A DNA stretch of 63,733 bases, counting the filler, from Sphacelaria rigidula (lineage: Eukaryota): the NCBI GenBank assembly GCA_964200075.2. It is 7 parts of 7 records of this genome, joined end to end, with 100 filler letters (N's around TTAATTAATTAA, not from the genome) between each part and the next. Parts side by side here need not be neighbours in the genome. Positions count along the whole stretch, not along the records: positions 27,359 to 36,377 come from CAXNAA020009496.1; positions 36,478 to 45,496 come from CAXNAA020009497.1; positions 45,597 to 54,615 come from CAXNAA020009498.1; 4 more parts are not named here. One strand, given 5' to 3'. The notes beneath the pieces were generated by a model. That model was given only the letters and a program-made list of their open reading frames with translations. It was not told the DNA's origin and did not search any database. The position numbers and the translations under genes are program-made. Of the stretch, positions 35,927-48,061 are shown piece by piece. Each line of letters begins with the position of its first letter. Position 1 is the stretch's first letter.

Positions 35927-36377
35927 CTTTCGATTTACGTGTAGATTTTTCCCCCCGAAACCAGTCACTTTTTGGGGGGTGCTATCGAACAAAGTATCAT
36001 ATTCTAATTTTGGTCCGTTCTCTTTATTATTTCCCGTATGCTTCAGCCCCCTCTCACTCTTTCGTCCTTTGTTCTTCCTTCTCTTCTTCTTTGCCTGTCT
36101 TTGTCTTTTCTTCCTTTCGACCCATCTTCTCTTTTTTTCCCTCATGCCGTGTATGTGCTTCAAGATGCTTCGTATAGGGTAAAGTACAAGCACGAGTACC
36201 GGTATAATGGAGTTTTTCGGAAAACGCCTATTTGTAGGGTTGGGGACTGGCGCTACGCGCCAATACCAGGTAAACTGGCTGCGGAGAGCAGCCAGTTTAG
36301 ACACTTTCTACGATAGCCCCCCCCCAAAAAAGTGCACGGTTTTGGGAGGCGAAATCTTCACGTGAATCGAAATGAGA
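35927..36377. repeat. Imperfect ~75-bp inverted repeat pair (35927-36000 / 36300-36377)
   Basis: TTTCGATTTACGTGTAGATTTT..CACTTTTTGGGGGGTGCTATCG versus CGATAGCCCCCCCCCAAAAAAGTG..AAATCTTCACGTGAATCGAAA. Confidence 0.6.
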
Positions 36378-36477
36378 NNNNNNNNNNNNNNNNNNNNNNN
36401 NNNNNNNNNNNNNNNNNNNNNTTAATTAATTAANNNNNNNNNNNNNNNNNNNNNNNNNNNNNNNNNNNNNNNNNNNN
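36378..36477. other. Artificial scaffold-joining spacer
   Basis: N-run containing TTAATTAATTAA. Confidence 0.97.
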
Positions 36478-37134
36478 TCTAGCTCCTGCTGTGGCTCGAT
36501 CCATTTGACCATTATACGGGCGAGCGGCGGTGGGTAGGTGTGGGGGTTGCGCTACGTGTCCGGAATTTTCGCTCGACAGACCCTTGCTTAGACTCCTCTC
36601 TGTGGGGTAACGCAAAGTGTACCAGATATGTGATGATTCTCCCTGATTGGAGGCCAAAAGCCGTGTAAATGCCCCACAATAATTGTCGACATCACTCTCT
36701 TCTCCAAATTCGAACCGTGAGAAACGGTGTTCGACTGAGATTGGTGGACCAAACCCGTGCCTGCTGTTTGTTGCTAACGGCTTTTTGGTCGAAGGCAGAC
36801 CGGCGGCGACCTCGCAGGGACTTGTGCATAAATATACTACATTACTTTTTCAAATATACCGCAAGGCATCTGGCTCGTACCATATTGCGAGCTAAGTGCC
36901 AGAGTATCTCCACCGCGCGTACGTATATCTTAGTAGATGTCTACCTGCGTGGTGCTCCTTTCGATCCTGTATATGTATGCGTAGAAGGTAAATGCAACAA
37001 CAGCGTGTATGCTGTCCACGGTTCCTGGTTTGGACACTATCTATCTGCGGTTTGGATTTCCTGGCCCAAGAAATTAGAAAAATTAAGTACACAAGATGCT
37101 GCTCAAACTCGGGGCTTCAGGGAAAACGTGAAGT

Positions 37135-37865
37135 CTAGCCATTCCACCGCCAGGGCGGACAGTCTCTGGGACTTACAAAGAATTTTCCTCGTGAAAGTGA
37201 TGCCGATTCAACTCATACCCCCTCTGGAGATTGAAGGGTTAACCCGGTAACCCTTCATCCGCCACAGCGGTTCACCTGCATCTGGCTAGTTTCTCAAGTG
37301 ATGGTGTGACGCCCATCCCACATATGATCACTCCGAGCGGTCAAAGGATTACCCCCGAGGAGGGGGTTCATCTGATGAATTGACATCGTTTCCACCCGAA
37401 AAATATCGATGACACAACAGTGTCCATCTGCGCGTAGTCAAATCGTCACACCTGAACACAGTCGGTGGAGGCTATTTGTTGAATCACTTGAATCACCATC
37501 ATGATTCAATGAGCCAAAAATGCGAAAGCCAGATGACCCGCCCCCTTCGACAAAGGTGAAACCTCGTGATCGCGCATGTGTACCCATCTGTTGAATCGGC
37601 ATCATACTCACATGTGTTATAATAACCCTTGCACCACGAGGATCACCTACTGAATCAGGTGCGTGATCTAAGTGGATTACCCGCATCGCGGTCTAAGGGT
37701 TAAATTTGTTCATCAGACGGAGTTGTCCAGCTGCGGGCGCCCAGAGAGAACCAACCCTTCTTTGATCGCCTGCGCAGGTTATCTATTCATTCGGCACCAA
37801 TTTTACTTCAAAAAATAATCATTAATGGCCCACATGACTTACTTGTGCGGTGAACGGGTTGATCC
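37135..37865. mobile_element. Cluster of piggyBac-like MITEs (TAACCCTT...AAGGGTTAA ends)
   Basis: Ends GAAGGGTTAA (~37242), TAACCCTT (37248) and TAAGGGTTAA (~37702). An internal TGATGCCGATTCAAC motif is shared with copies at 44555, 44925 and 47200. Confidence 0.55.
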
Positions 37866-38933
37866 TTTCACCGCCAGAGTAGGAACTCTGGTGAAGTGGG
37901 ATGGCATACCCGAGCAGCCAAAATATTGTAAACCCTTTGAGCGCAAACGGTCGCAGAAAATTGTCACACGAGCAGCTGTGTATCACGTCGCTATTGTGAT
38001 GCATTGACGGACATCACCAGCCGAAAATGGCAACTTCGCAATCAGAGGCGTGGAGAGAGGTCCCGGCTTTCAGACCGAGGACACACACACATACATTGCA
38101 ATCAGTAATTTCGTCAAAAATTGCAAACTGTCAACTATCCAAACCCAACCCTCGTCATCACCACTACTAGTTAGTTCTACCCGTCCAGCTATAATCACTG
38201 ACTGGACCCTCATGAGTCCATCACTTTCATAGACCCGAAGTAGAGCACTATCACTCGTTTATGGTGATGACGTCGAGCCAACCCGACTCAACTCTAACCC
38301 ACATGAAATCGGGCCATTTACGCTCGGGCTCAGGGTGATCCGCACCACCACTAGAGACAGGCATAAACGGTGTCGACGAAAGTGCTGCTGCAGGAAACGG
38401 GGGTCCCTAATGCTAACCACAGGGAAACAAACCTCCGGGTCCCAGGATCAAGGTGAACCCGCACGGGTTCAATTAGTGATTCTACGGCACGGCTACACAA
38501 CTCCACAATATTTGCTGGGCCCAAGAGTTGTTACTTGTTTACAATGTGTAACGACGTTAGTGCCCCCCGCACCCCGGTGATCTAATGGTTCAATTGACAC
38601 CGCCACAGGTACGGCGAGGGTACGGTGGAAAGAAAGCGGATTCGATTCCCGCCATATGTGCGTCTAGGTATCTAATTTCCGCCGTTGGAATATGGGAATG
38701 TGAGCAGCAAAAACACTTCGCGTTTGTTTCACGAGAGTTGACGTAGTGCAGGATGACTGATTCAATCCGCGAGGAGACCACAGTAAGAGGTACCGGGGGA
38801 GAGGAGCTATTATTTCCTCTGAGACCACGGACTCGTCCAGAGGAAAGAGGCGGGTCGACAGTGTGACGGAGAAACCAAAAATGTGTGGCACTGTTTATCA
38901 TCTCACCAACACAACGGAACCCAATCCAATCCG

Positions 38934-39000
38934 GACCCTAACCCCAACCCCAACCCTAACTCTAACTTCAGCCCTAACTCTAACTTCAGCCCTAACTCTA
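38934..39000. repeat. Degenerate telomere-like (CCCTAA)n tract
   Basis: CCCTAAACCCCAACCCCAACCCTAACTCTAACTTCAGCCCTAACTCTAAC. Confidence 0.6.
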
Positions 39001-42000
39001 CTGGATTGCGGATCATGAGCCCTCGCACAGAGGGGTTCCCACCCTTGAGATAGTCAGTACCACGAACAGTGTTGCTGCGGGCAAAGCGGGTCAATAGCAC
39101 CTGTACACGGCGCTATAAAGAGATCTTCGGATCACGCAAATTGGTGGGGACCAGTAGGGGGCCGTGAGGGTGGAATTAGTGATTGGATTGTGTCCAAGCG
39201 GCAGTTACTCTGCGCCACACGAATCAATCCCACCTGCTTCTTGTACAGCTATCCCCGTCATTTCTTGTAACGTGCTGCAAGGTAATTCTGCGCCCTCATT
39301 ACTGAGCGGTATCCCGTCATACACGTGCGAACCAGCACCAGTAGGTCAGGTACATATATATTTTCCTGACGTGTGGTCGTGCTCCGCCTGGGCTGATGAT
39401 GGGTGTACATCCATAGGTGTATGTTCCGTTGAACACCAAGTAGTAAAGAAGGTCCAGTACGGACAACAGTGGTAACGCTACACAGACCACGAGACAGCAT
39501 GGTGGACTTGTCACCAACAATCCTGATAATTTGTAACATTCCATTTTCCATCTCGCATCACAATTTGCTGCAAATCGAAATACGCTGCCTGCTGTTCTGT
39601 CGCCCGCCTGGATCTTTGAACCACTCGAAGAGAGTACAGTACTAGTACTGTATCATATATTTTTTTGTCGTATTGCTCCCGTAGAAAGAGCCGGTTTCAG
39701 GGTGGGGACGCGCCGAACGACACGCACATTACACCCCCCTTCAGCTTCAATCAACTTACAGTAGGAATACTCGTGCGTGTTGCGGGCATTTTCACCTGTA
39801 GCAGTTTCGTTGACGATAGTCAGCGTTGCCGTCAACTTGTGTGCCGCTCGCTCTCCGTCCGTTCCTGATTTCCCCCCCCGTGGAAAATGCACGTGCAGGT
39901 GAAAGGCAGTATTCAGTTTTCGACGCAAAGCGGGAAAACAGCAACACAAATACTCCGTATAGTTGATCGTTTCGACCACGCATATGACAAGCACACGTGT
40001 GACGCGCTGCATACTTACCTCGATGCACAAAACAACAGTAGTACTTGTACTGTTAATAGTCAGTATTCGTCCTTCGGTTTGAAGACATACACCTATACAT
40101 ATGTAATGTACCGACAGAAAGACTCATCCGCGAGGATAGCGACAACCTTAGCAAAATATATGGAGAATAGACGCAAAGCGAGAAAAAACGCCGTCAAGAT
40201 GGATGGACACCTGAGCCGGGTAGTTGGGTGATGCTCTTGTTTTTCAAGTGAAAATGATGTCAATTCAAAACTAGATAATTACACTTGACTGATCGAAAGG
40301 GTATATACTGAACTGGACGATTGCTTCCGTTTGCGCCACAACTGATTCTGCGCTACACAACGCGATGTCTCACTTTTCTCAGAACACTTGGTGGCAAAAG
40401 GATCGAAATGCCACCAATCATCAATAGTTCGTTCGGTTCGAAGACATCCGGTCGGACAGGTGCTTGAAGTACCTGGTTGTAGGTATGTACCCATCGGTCG
40501 TCGCGGGATGCAACAATACGAGCCGGAAAACGGGCTAAACTAGGCACAAAACTTTTACTCGAAGGCAGCCACGGCTTTGCCTATGGGGTGTTGTGTCCCT
40601 ATACACGAGTCAAATGCCTGTCAGGGTCATCATCGGTGCTCGCTACGCTCGGAGTACGGTGACATGGAATTTCTGCCGTACTGATTGTTTAATTCTTGTA
40701 GTGTGACACCTATACGTAAGTTATCGTCGGCTTGGGTATATGTTTCGCATCATTTCTCATGCAGTCTTGGGTTCGGCGCCCGTAGCATCAATATTTGAAT
40801 ACTGTGCATTGTGTACCATATCATGCCCACCCAGTAAACATCCATCCTCGCTACAAAAGTTATACAGACAGTCAGTACTTGTAGTACTCTCCATCTTCCT
40901 ATACATGCTGCGCGGTACGACTGTTACCGTTTGGCACACGCGCCTGTCTCAGAAACAGCACCTCCAATTCCCCCCATATGATGACCACTCATGCACACAC
41001 GGAGAAGCTCGTGACACGACACCACGACAAAATCTACCCTAAACCACAAGCTCCCAAGCCGATGTGTGGGCGGTACTGCCTACATCTGAGATTGTACGTA
41101 GGAGCATGTTCATGGTACAGCAGCATTAGTAACAGATGCTTCCCTCCTCGTCAGCCTACATTATCGACGCGTACCTCCCATCATATTGATTTGCGATTGT
41201 TCAGCGCATAGATGTTGTTGGCTTTTTGCCAAGTACGCCATCACTTCCCGTGTCTTGTTATACTATACAGACAACAGTATCATCATCCTGCTGCTATTGC
41301 TGTTGCTGTTGCTGTTGATGTTGATGTTGCTGTTGCTCATGATTTCTTCAATGCCGCACTGGTGTTGGTGTCTTGCTCCTGCAGAGCTCGTGGGTGAGAG
41401 TCGCGTGCCTGAATATACTGTAGTGCATCTCTAGTCCTCAGAAATACAAGAAGCTGATTCGGGAGCTTTGCTCATTTCGGCTCGGCTTATTTCGTACGGC
41501 CTGGTTACCCGAAGCCATGCGGAAGGAGCCCACCGTTTTTTCGTTCTTTCTTGTCGATACTCGATCCATTATCCAACTATGCTGCCGTTGCCTTTTTTTT
41601 GCAAAGCAAACGACAACATAACGAAAAGGACACTACACAGCAAAAGCAATGCAAATAAATGGCACTCCAGTTGTGAGTATATTTCATCTCTTCACAAAAT
41701 GACTGCGTTTTGGGATGCCTGCGGTGCTTTGCACAGATTTCAAACAACAGCTCTCCGCAACGCTTTCGCCTGCATTTTCCCACCTTTCGAAAGCTGAGCA
41801 GCTGCCGTTGGCTTTGAGAAATGCACCATTCAAATTTAGTTTACAGATTGAAAATGTGACTCAAGCGACCACGGTCGGTCGGGTTGGTCAAGCGGCACTG
41901 ACCCGCCGCACGTGTTTTTGCTATCATCGCAGGGTGTACAACAAATCCGAATGTGCACTCTTGTGCACAAACAATATAATAATCCGTTCGCCAGTCCACG

Positions 42001-42235
42001 GTCGCCTAGGCCAGTAAGGTATCGCCGACCCTTTTGGCACCAGATCCTTTCAGGTGGACTAAGAGTCAGAATATTCATGTTTTTGCCACAACCCCAGTGC
42101 CAAAACATCGGGGACACGATCATTCTTGTCACAAGGTATAAAGTAGGAGTATTCCGAGTATTCCCCCGTCATGTCAGCTGTAGCCAATGCGTTGTTGTGT
42201 TATTACCCTTGTGCAAGGGTATGCTACCCTTGTGC

Positions 42236-42880
42236 AAGGGTATGTCAAAAGAAAAATTTCGGACACGGAGCCCCCCCCCCCTCCTCCCCCCCCCGGACTC
42301 GCGGAGGGCATATTTTCGAAAATTGTCCTGATTCTTTTTTTATGTGCTTCTGATATTTTTATTATTATTATTATTATCATTATTGTTGATATTGTTGAAA
42401 GAAATTGATCAACAAACACTGACAAGAACCGAAGAGTCTGGCGGGCTTTGCGAGGTTCGTATATTTGCTTCTGCTCCTTGCCCACCCTGTCCCGATGACC
42501 TCGGATGCCGGCAACGCTCACACACATCTATGTACAATACACGAGCGCACGGTAGCGAAAGCCTGTAGCTAAAGTAGCAACATTCTCTCACGCCTCGCCC
42601 AAATCGCCCGGACTACTTGTGGTAAGTAGTCGAAGCACACGACACGGGACAGGACCCCATAAATGTAATCATGGTAGGTGATGAGCTCGGAGGGACGGTG
42701 TGCCCGTCATCTCAGCGGTCTCCATGCCAAGGATCTCCGTACACGGCAGCTGACCGCATCCGCCAACGCCTCGGCAATAAACTAGGGGACAGCAGGCCGG
42801 GTGTCTCCGTCCCCCCTCAAAAACTCGAATTTTCGATCATGGGGCCTATGTGTCCCGAAATATATTTTTGACAGACCCTT
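42236..42880. mobile_element. Candidate MITE (~645 bp) with ~30-bp TIRs
   Basis: AAGGGTATGTCAAAAGAAAAATTTCGGACAC versus the reverse complement of GTGTCCCGAAATATATTTTTGACAGACCCTT. Confidence 0.45.
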
Positions 42881-43233
42881 ATCTTGTGTCACGATTGGTG
42901 TGGAGTGAACATAGCACCCGGTGTGCATATGTTGACAATTGCCACAGCCGCGTTGGCACCCGGTGTGCATATCTTGACAGTTGCTACAGCCGCGTTGCAG
43001 GCAGTGATGTGAGGTTATACCTCGAGAACCCTCGGGCAAGGGGGCGCAAAAGTGTTCCAATGGCAAAGTGTGCGTTGCCAGACCTCAGATCGGCCCCCTA
43101 GGCACCGATTTCGACAAAAAATCGTTCTGCACACGCTAGGAGCACGCTTTGAGCAGATTCCGATTAAAGATCCGGATTTCGCTGTCCACACTAAAATCAA
43201 GTCGGACTGAGAACCAACCACAGCACCCACCCA

Positions 43234-43597
43234 GGTGTGTGTGTGTCGTGTCGTCGTCCCATTTATTCTGAACACCGGTCTACACCGGTCGGTAGGTGTG
43301 GGTACACCAGCCGGGGCCACACAGGAGGAAGGCCAACAAAGGATTTTTTCTTTTTTTGGTTGTTTTAGTTCTCCACCTTCCTTCTGCGGTGCTTACCTTT
43401 CTTTTTCATCGCGAGAGGGCTTCAGCAGTCCCTTTTCCTCGTCGGCCGTGAGGTCGAATTTTGTGTACACATAACATAGTTGCTCTCCACTGTTGGGCAT
43501 TGTGTGAGGAAAAATCCCAGATCGCTCCGAGATTCGAACCCTCAACGCAACCGTCAAAAAAATTCGGAGGTTACCCACTGAGCCGCCTGGACGACCG
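43234..43597 (-). mobile_element. tRNA-derived SINE
   Basis: The minus-strand head CGGTCGTCCAGGCGGCTCAGTGGG...GAGGGTTCGAATCTCGG carries Pol III A and B boxes. It has a (CA)n tail and is homologous to 44406-44862. Confidence 0.75.
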
Positions 43598-44405
43598 TCT
43601 TCAAGTGGTGAACTGTATTCGGACTGAGTGCAATGGTTCGACTGTCGCAATTAGGGTGAAGAGAACGAGGTTTCGATTCCCGACGCGTTGTTTTTTTTTC
43701 TTCGTAGTATCTGATTTCCACGGTGGGAAGCGTGAGAAACGTGAGTAAACAAAGTAGTAGTTGACGGAGTTTATTTGACGTGATTTGACGCGGTGCGGGA
43801 GTGCTGATAGTCATGACCCAATCCGCAAGACCAAAATGCAAGGCGTGTACCGTGGAGAGATGGATTGATCCCTTGAGACCACGGACTCGTCCCGAGGAAG
43901 AGGAGGGGCAGAGGGGTTCAAAGTGCGACAAATGTATTAATAAATAAACCAACAGTATCGTACACGAACTTTTGCCAAAAAGGTGTCCCAGCTCTTCCTG
44001 ATGGGAAAACATGCTAGCCAGTCGGGAACGAAGGAACCGTCCAGTCGGTTCCAAGAGAACCCCAGAAAGCCTTGTGCGCACATCACCCAAGTGGATTGCT
44101 CACAGTCGTACTGTCTGTATTTCACTAGAGGTATCTCGAACTCCAGGTTTACCCTATAATTTGACAGTAATTTACTCACAAAAATACCGAGTCTCGAGTT
44201 TGAGATACCTGTATTACTAATGTTTAAATTAAAATCATGCCAACGCGACACAGATGGCCCACCCTATCGGTGATTGTATAGATAGACAAAGCCCAACAAC
44301 GACACACAGTGCAGTGCAATGCAGTAAAGCACTCACAGTATGTACAGGACAGCGTTGTTTTCTCTCTTCCCCCCGCAGCATTCCTCCCTTTTGTCTGTGG
44401 CTAAG

Positions 44406-44862
44406 CCGGTCGCCCCGGTGGCTCGGTTGGTAACCTCGAAACCCTCTGACGTTTGGGTTGTAGCTTCAAATCTCGGAGCGACCTGAGATTTTTTCTCACA
44501 TCATGCCCAACAGTGGAGAGCAGCCACGTCGTGTGTACACGAAATTCGACTTAACCTAACCCTTGGACCGCGAGATTAGTCTTTGTGGACCATGCATACT
44601 TTTTTTCACTTGAAATTGATGCCGATTCAACAGAAGACTAACCTCGCGGTGTAAGGATTAACGGTCGACGAGGGAAAGGGATTCCTGAAGCCCTCCCGCG
44701 ATAAAAAGATAAAGGCAAGCACCGCAGAAGGAAGGTGGTGTACAAAAAACAAACAAAAGAAAAAACTCTTGTGTTGACGTTCCTCCTGTGTGACCCGCGC
44801 CCACATATACCGAAAAGGTGTAGACCGGCGTCCAGAATAGATGGGACGACAACACACACACA
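44406..44862 (+). mobile_element. tRNA-derived SINE interrupted by a MITE
   Basis: CCGGTCGCCCCGGTGGCTCGGTTGGT (A box)...CTTCAAATCTCGG (degenerate B box). The body is colinear with the 43234-43597 copy and ends in a (CA)n tail. Confidence 0.75.
44555..44657. mobile_element. piggyBac-like mini-MITE (~100 bp) with TTAA TSD, nested in the SINE
   Basis: TTAA at 44551-44554 and 44658-44661; ends CCCTTGGACCGCGAG...CTCGCGGTGTAAGGA; absent from the other SINE copy. Confidence 0.75.
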
Positions 44863-44924
44863 TCACCAAGGATCAGATTATACCACAACTTTGGAGAGCG
44901 TGACCTGGTCCTGTGGCCAGCTCC

Positions 44925-45033
44925 TAACCCTTACACCGCGGTGCGGGCAGTCCATCTATATCATGCGTACTTTTTTCGAGTGAATATTGATGCCGAATTA
45001 GCAGGCAACCTACCCTCGCGGTCAAAGGGTTAA
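44925..45033. mobile_element. piggyBac-like mini-MITE
   Basis: TAACCCTTACACCGCG...CGCGGTCAAAGGGTTAA with internal TTGATGCCGA. Confidence 0.7.
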
Positions 45034-45496
45034 CGCGAATCCTTTGACCGCCATGGTGGATCATCGGGGGCCCGCGTGTATTTTTCAAGTCACCTGATTC
45101 CCGATGCCATGTTTCACACCCTGTTGTGACATTCGACATATATTTGCTCCATGCTTATCAGAACACAAGAGTGAAGCTGTGTCGCAGCGGAGAGATACCG
45201 TCTGCACAGAGAGCAAGCTCCATTTAGCAGTTGCGATAGACTTCGCACAACTAAAACGCAAAAGAGGGTAATGCAGCACCATGATGTTGTCTGTTCCAGT
45301 GCACGCCACGCTCTCTGCCCTGGATCCCGTGGGTCTCGAGAGCGGCTGGGTACACAAGCGGCAGCGCTTGTTTGGTCGTAATTTGTCGGAGTGCATTACC
45401 AATGGACTCACGTGAAGGCACCAAAGAAAGCAACGTTACTCCGACTCATACTTCTCCTCCCAGTTTACCCCCCCCCCCCGATCGGGATGAAAGCAT

Positions 45497-45596
45497 NNNN
45501 NNNNNNNNNNNNNNNNNNNNNNNNNNNNNNNNNNNNNNNNTTAATTAATTAANNNNNNNNNNNNNNNNNNNNNNNNNNNNNNNNNNNNNNNNNNNN
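45497..45596. other. Artificial scaffold-joining spacer
   Basis: N-run containing TTAATTAATTAA. Confidence 0.97.
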
Positions 45597-46079
45597 GTCA
45601 TAGTCATAGTCATAGTCATAGTCATAGTCATAGTCATAGTCATAGTCATAGTCATAGTCATAGTCATAGTCATAGTCATAGTCATAGTCATAGTCATAGT
45701 CATAGTCATAGTCATAGTCATAGTCATAGTCATAGTCATAGTCATAGTCATAGTCATAGTCATAGTCATAGTCATAGTCATAGTCATAGTCATAGTCATA
45801 GTCATAGTCATAGTCATAGCCATAGCCATAGCCATAGTCATTATCATGATCATTATCACGATCATGATCATGATCATTATCATTATCATGATCATTATCA
45901 TTATCATTATCATAGTCATTTTTATCATTATCATCATCATTATCATCATCATTATCATCATCATTAATTATCATAGTCATTTTTATCATACTCATTATCA
46001 TGACCATCATCATTATCATAATCACAATCATAATCATAATCATAATCATAATCATAATCGTAACCATTATCATCATCAT
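45597..46079. repeat. Compound microsatellite: perfect (GTCATA)n grading into (ATC/ATT)n
   Basis: About 37 perfect GTCATA units followed by degenerate ATC/ATT/AAT triplets. Confidence 0.97.
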
Positions 46080-47970
46080 CAGTTATGGGCGCGCCTGACC
46101 CCCCAGAATGAGCCTAAAAAGTGTCACCGACCAAAAGCACGAACAGACCGGAGATCTCGTTTATCCCCTCACTATGCACGCCGTAAAATCCCTCAAAGTA
46201 CTTTTGATTTGAGTAGGGTTTCCATTTCATGGATTCAATGTCTTCTCGTTCCAGAGTGCGAACAACGGCGTGGCTCGGCCACTCACCGGCGTGTATTTGT
46301 CCAAGCTGCAGTCGTACCGGTTGGTTTCACCAAAGACGTTACGGTGATCGAGAAAATCGCAAAAAACCCATGTTTTCCCCCACTCGATTTGTTATAAAAC
46401 TCGCATCCTGATGAAATAAAAAAATTCATCCGGTACAATCGTAGCTGTCGTCTTGGCGCAGATGATGCAAAAAGTCGCATCCGAATCGATGGCCGTGGCG
46501 ATGAGTATTCGCTGAGACAGATTGAGCTATGATCGCAAACACGCGCCTCCAACCCTCGCCGGTCTCCACAAAACGCGACAATCCCACCCCTGTCTAACGG
46601 CCTCAAAAGAGATGACACCCATGGATGACTCTTGATAGTGCAGATGGTTGATACATCAGATATGTGGAATCGCCGATAGGTGTGGAATTGGAACAAACCT
46701 TCGACCGAACCCCCAGAAGCTATAATTATCTTCGTGACCTCGCATCAGCGGAGGGAACAAATTATAACACTGGCCTTGACCTTCACCACAACGGAGGCAT
46801 ACCGAGCACCCTCGAGCAAGGGGGGTGCAACGTGCTGCCTGAGTAGAGATTGCGTTGCCAGCGCTCAAATCGGCGCCCCAGGCGCCGATTCGGACAAAAA
46901 CGCGTTCTGGGCATGCTAGGAGCACAGCCCCCATGAAAGATCCGGATTTCGGTTTCCACACGAAGATCAAAATGAACCAACTTACCCCCCCGAATGGTGA
47001 AGTAAACTGCGTCATGACGACCCAAAAGACAGCATAAAGCCGTCCGCGCACTTTCGCTGAAGCCACATCGCACCAAAGCTTCATTCATGTCTTTCAGTGG
47101 ACCCACCCGTCCTAGGGCACGCATCTGTTGTATCGGAACTGGTGGGTAACGGACGACCGTTTGTTTTCATTCCCTCCTGCACCATAATATCTTTGGAGTC
47201 TAGACCGCGAGGGTAGTCCATCTGGACCATGCATAATTTTTCCAAGTGAAAAATGATGCCGATTCAACATGTGACCAACTGCCGCGGTCCAAGAGCTAAT
47301 TAATATCATATTCATCAAATGAAAAGTCATGTCCACGGCACAACAAATATGCTTGTAAAGGGTGAGTCATTCGTCCGATAAAAGCTGTGGTATCATGGCA
47401 GCCGATAAATCAAGCTCCTCAAACCATGACGAGGTGGTGGACCAACACCCGCCCAGCCCACATTACACACCCGGTGACTATTTGCACTCCACTCGTCTGT
47501 GTAAGGGCCGACCTCGCTGAAGTTCATCAGTACATATATATATATATATATATATATATGGCTTTGTCGCATGTTGAGTACATCATGTTGACCCAACCTC
47601 GATCCGCATCCCCCCAAAACAATGGTTCAACTTCCTGGTTTCAGTTACCGGCGTTGGGCTACATATGTTCACGGTTGATATTACTTGATTTGAGTGCGTA
47701 CAACGAGAATCGGATTTTTAGTAGGGCTGACGGTCTCGTGTGCTCCTCGGCTGCGCACAACGCGTTTTCAATGAAATCGGTGCCACAGGCGCTGATTTGG
47801 GGTCTACCAAAGCCTCACTTTCTGCAGGGAATGTATGTACCGCCCTCGCCCGAGTGTTCTTGGTGTGCGTTGGGTTTGTTCAACCCATCCAGCCTCCTTG
47901 CATGCCAGGGTATCGCAAGCGCGGACGAAAAGCGACCCAGTGGCATGTAATATATGAGGAACAACAACGG
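46080..47970 (+). mobile_element. 3'-truncated copy of the ~2.2-kb TIR element
   Basis: Colinear with 48062-50090; begins CAGTTATGGGCGCGCCTGACCCCCC directly after the (ATC)n tract; contains a mini-MITE at ~47200-47300 that copy 2 lacks. Confidence 0.8.
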
Positions 47971-48061
47971 ATCATCATCATCATCAGTATCATTATCACC
48001 ATCACTATCACTATCATTGTCATTGTCATCATTATTATCTCAATTATCATCTCCACTACTA

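Noticed and set aside
36669-37250. 193-aa ORF
   Set aside because: It has no recognisable motif, non-protein-like composition, and runs into MITE sequence.
43520-43597. tRNA gene (also 44406-44485)
   Set aside because: A and B boxes are present, but there is no convincing cloverleaf and the sequence continues into a shared SINE body.
45545-46397. Poly-MT, poly-DY and poly-I ORFs
   Set aside because: These are translations of microsatellites.
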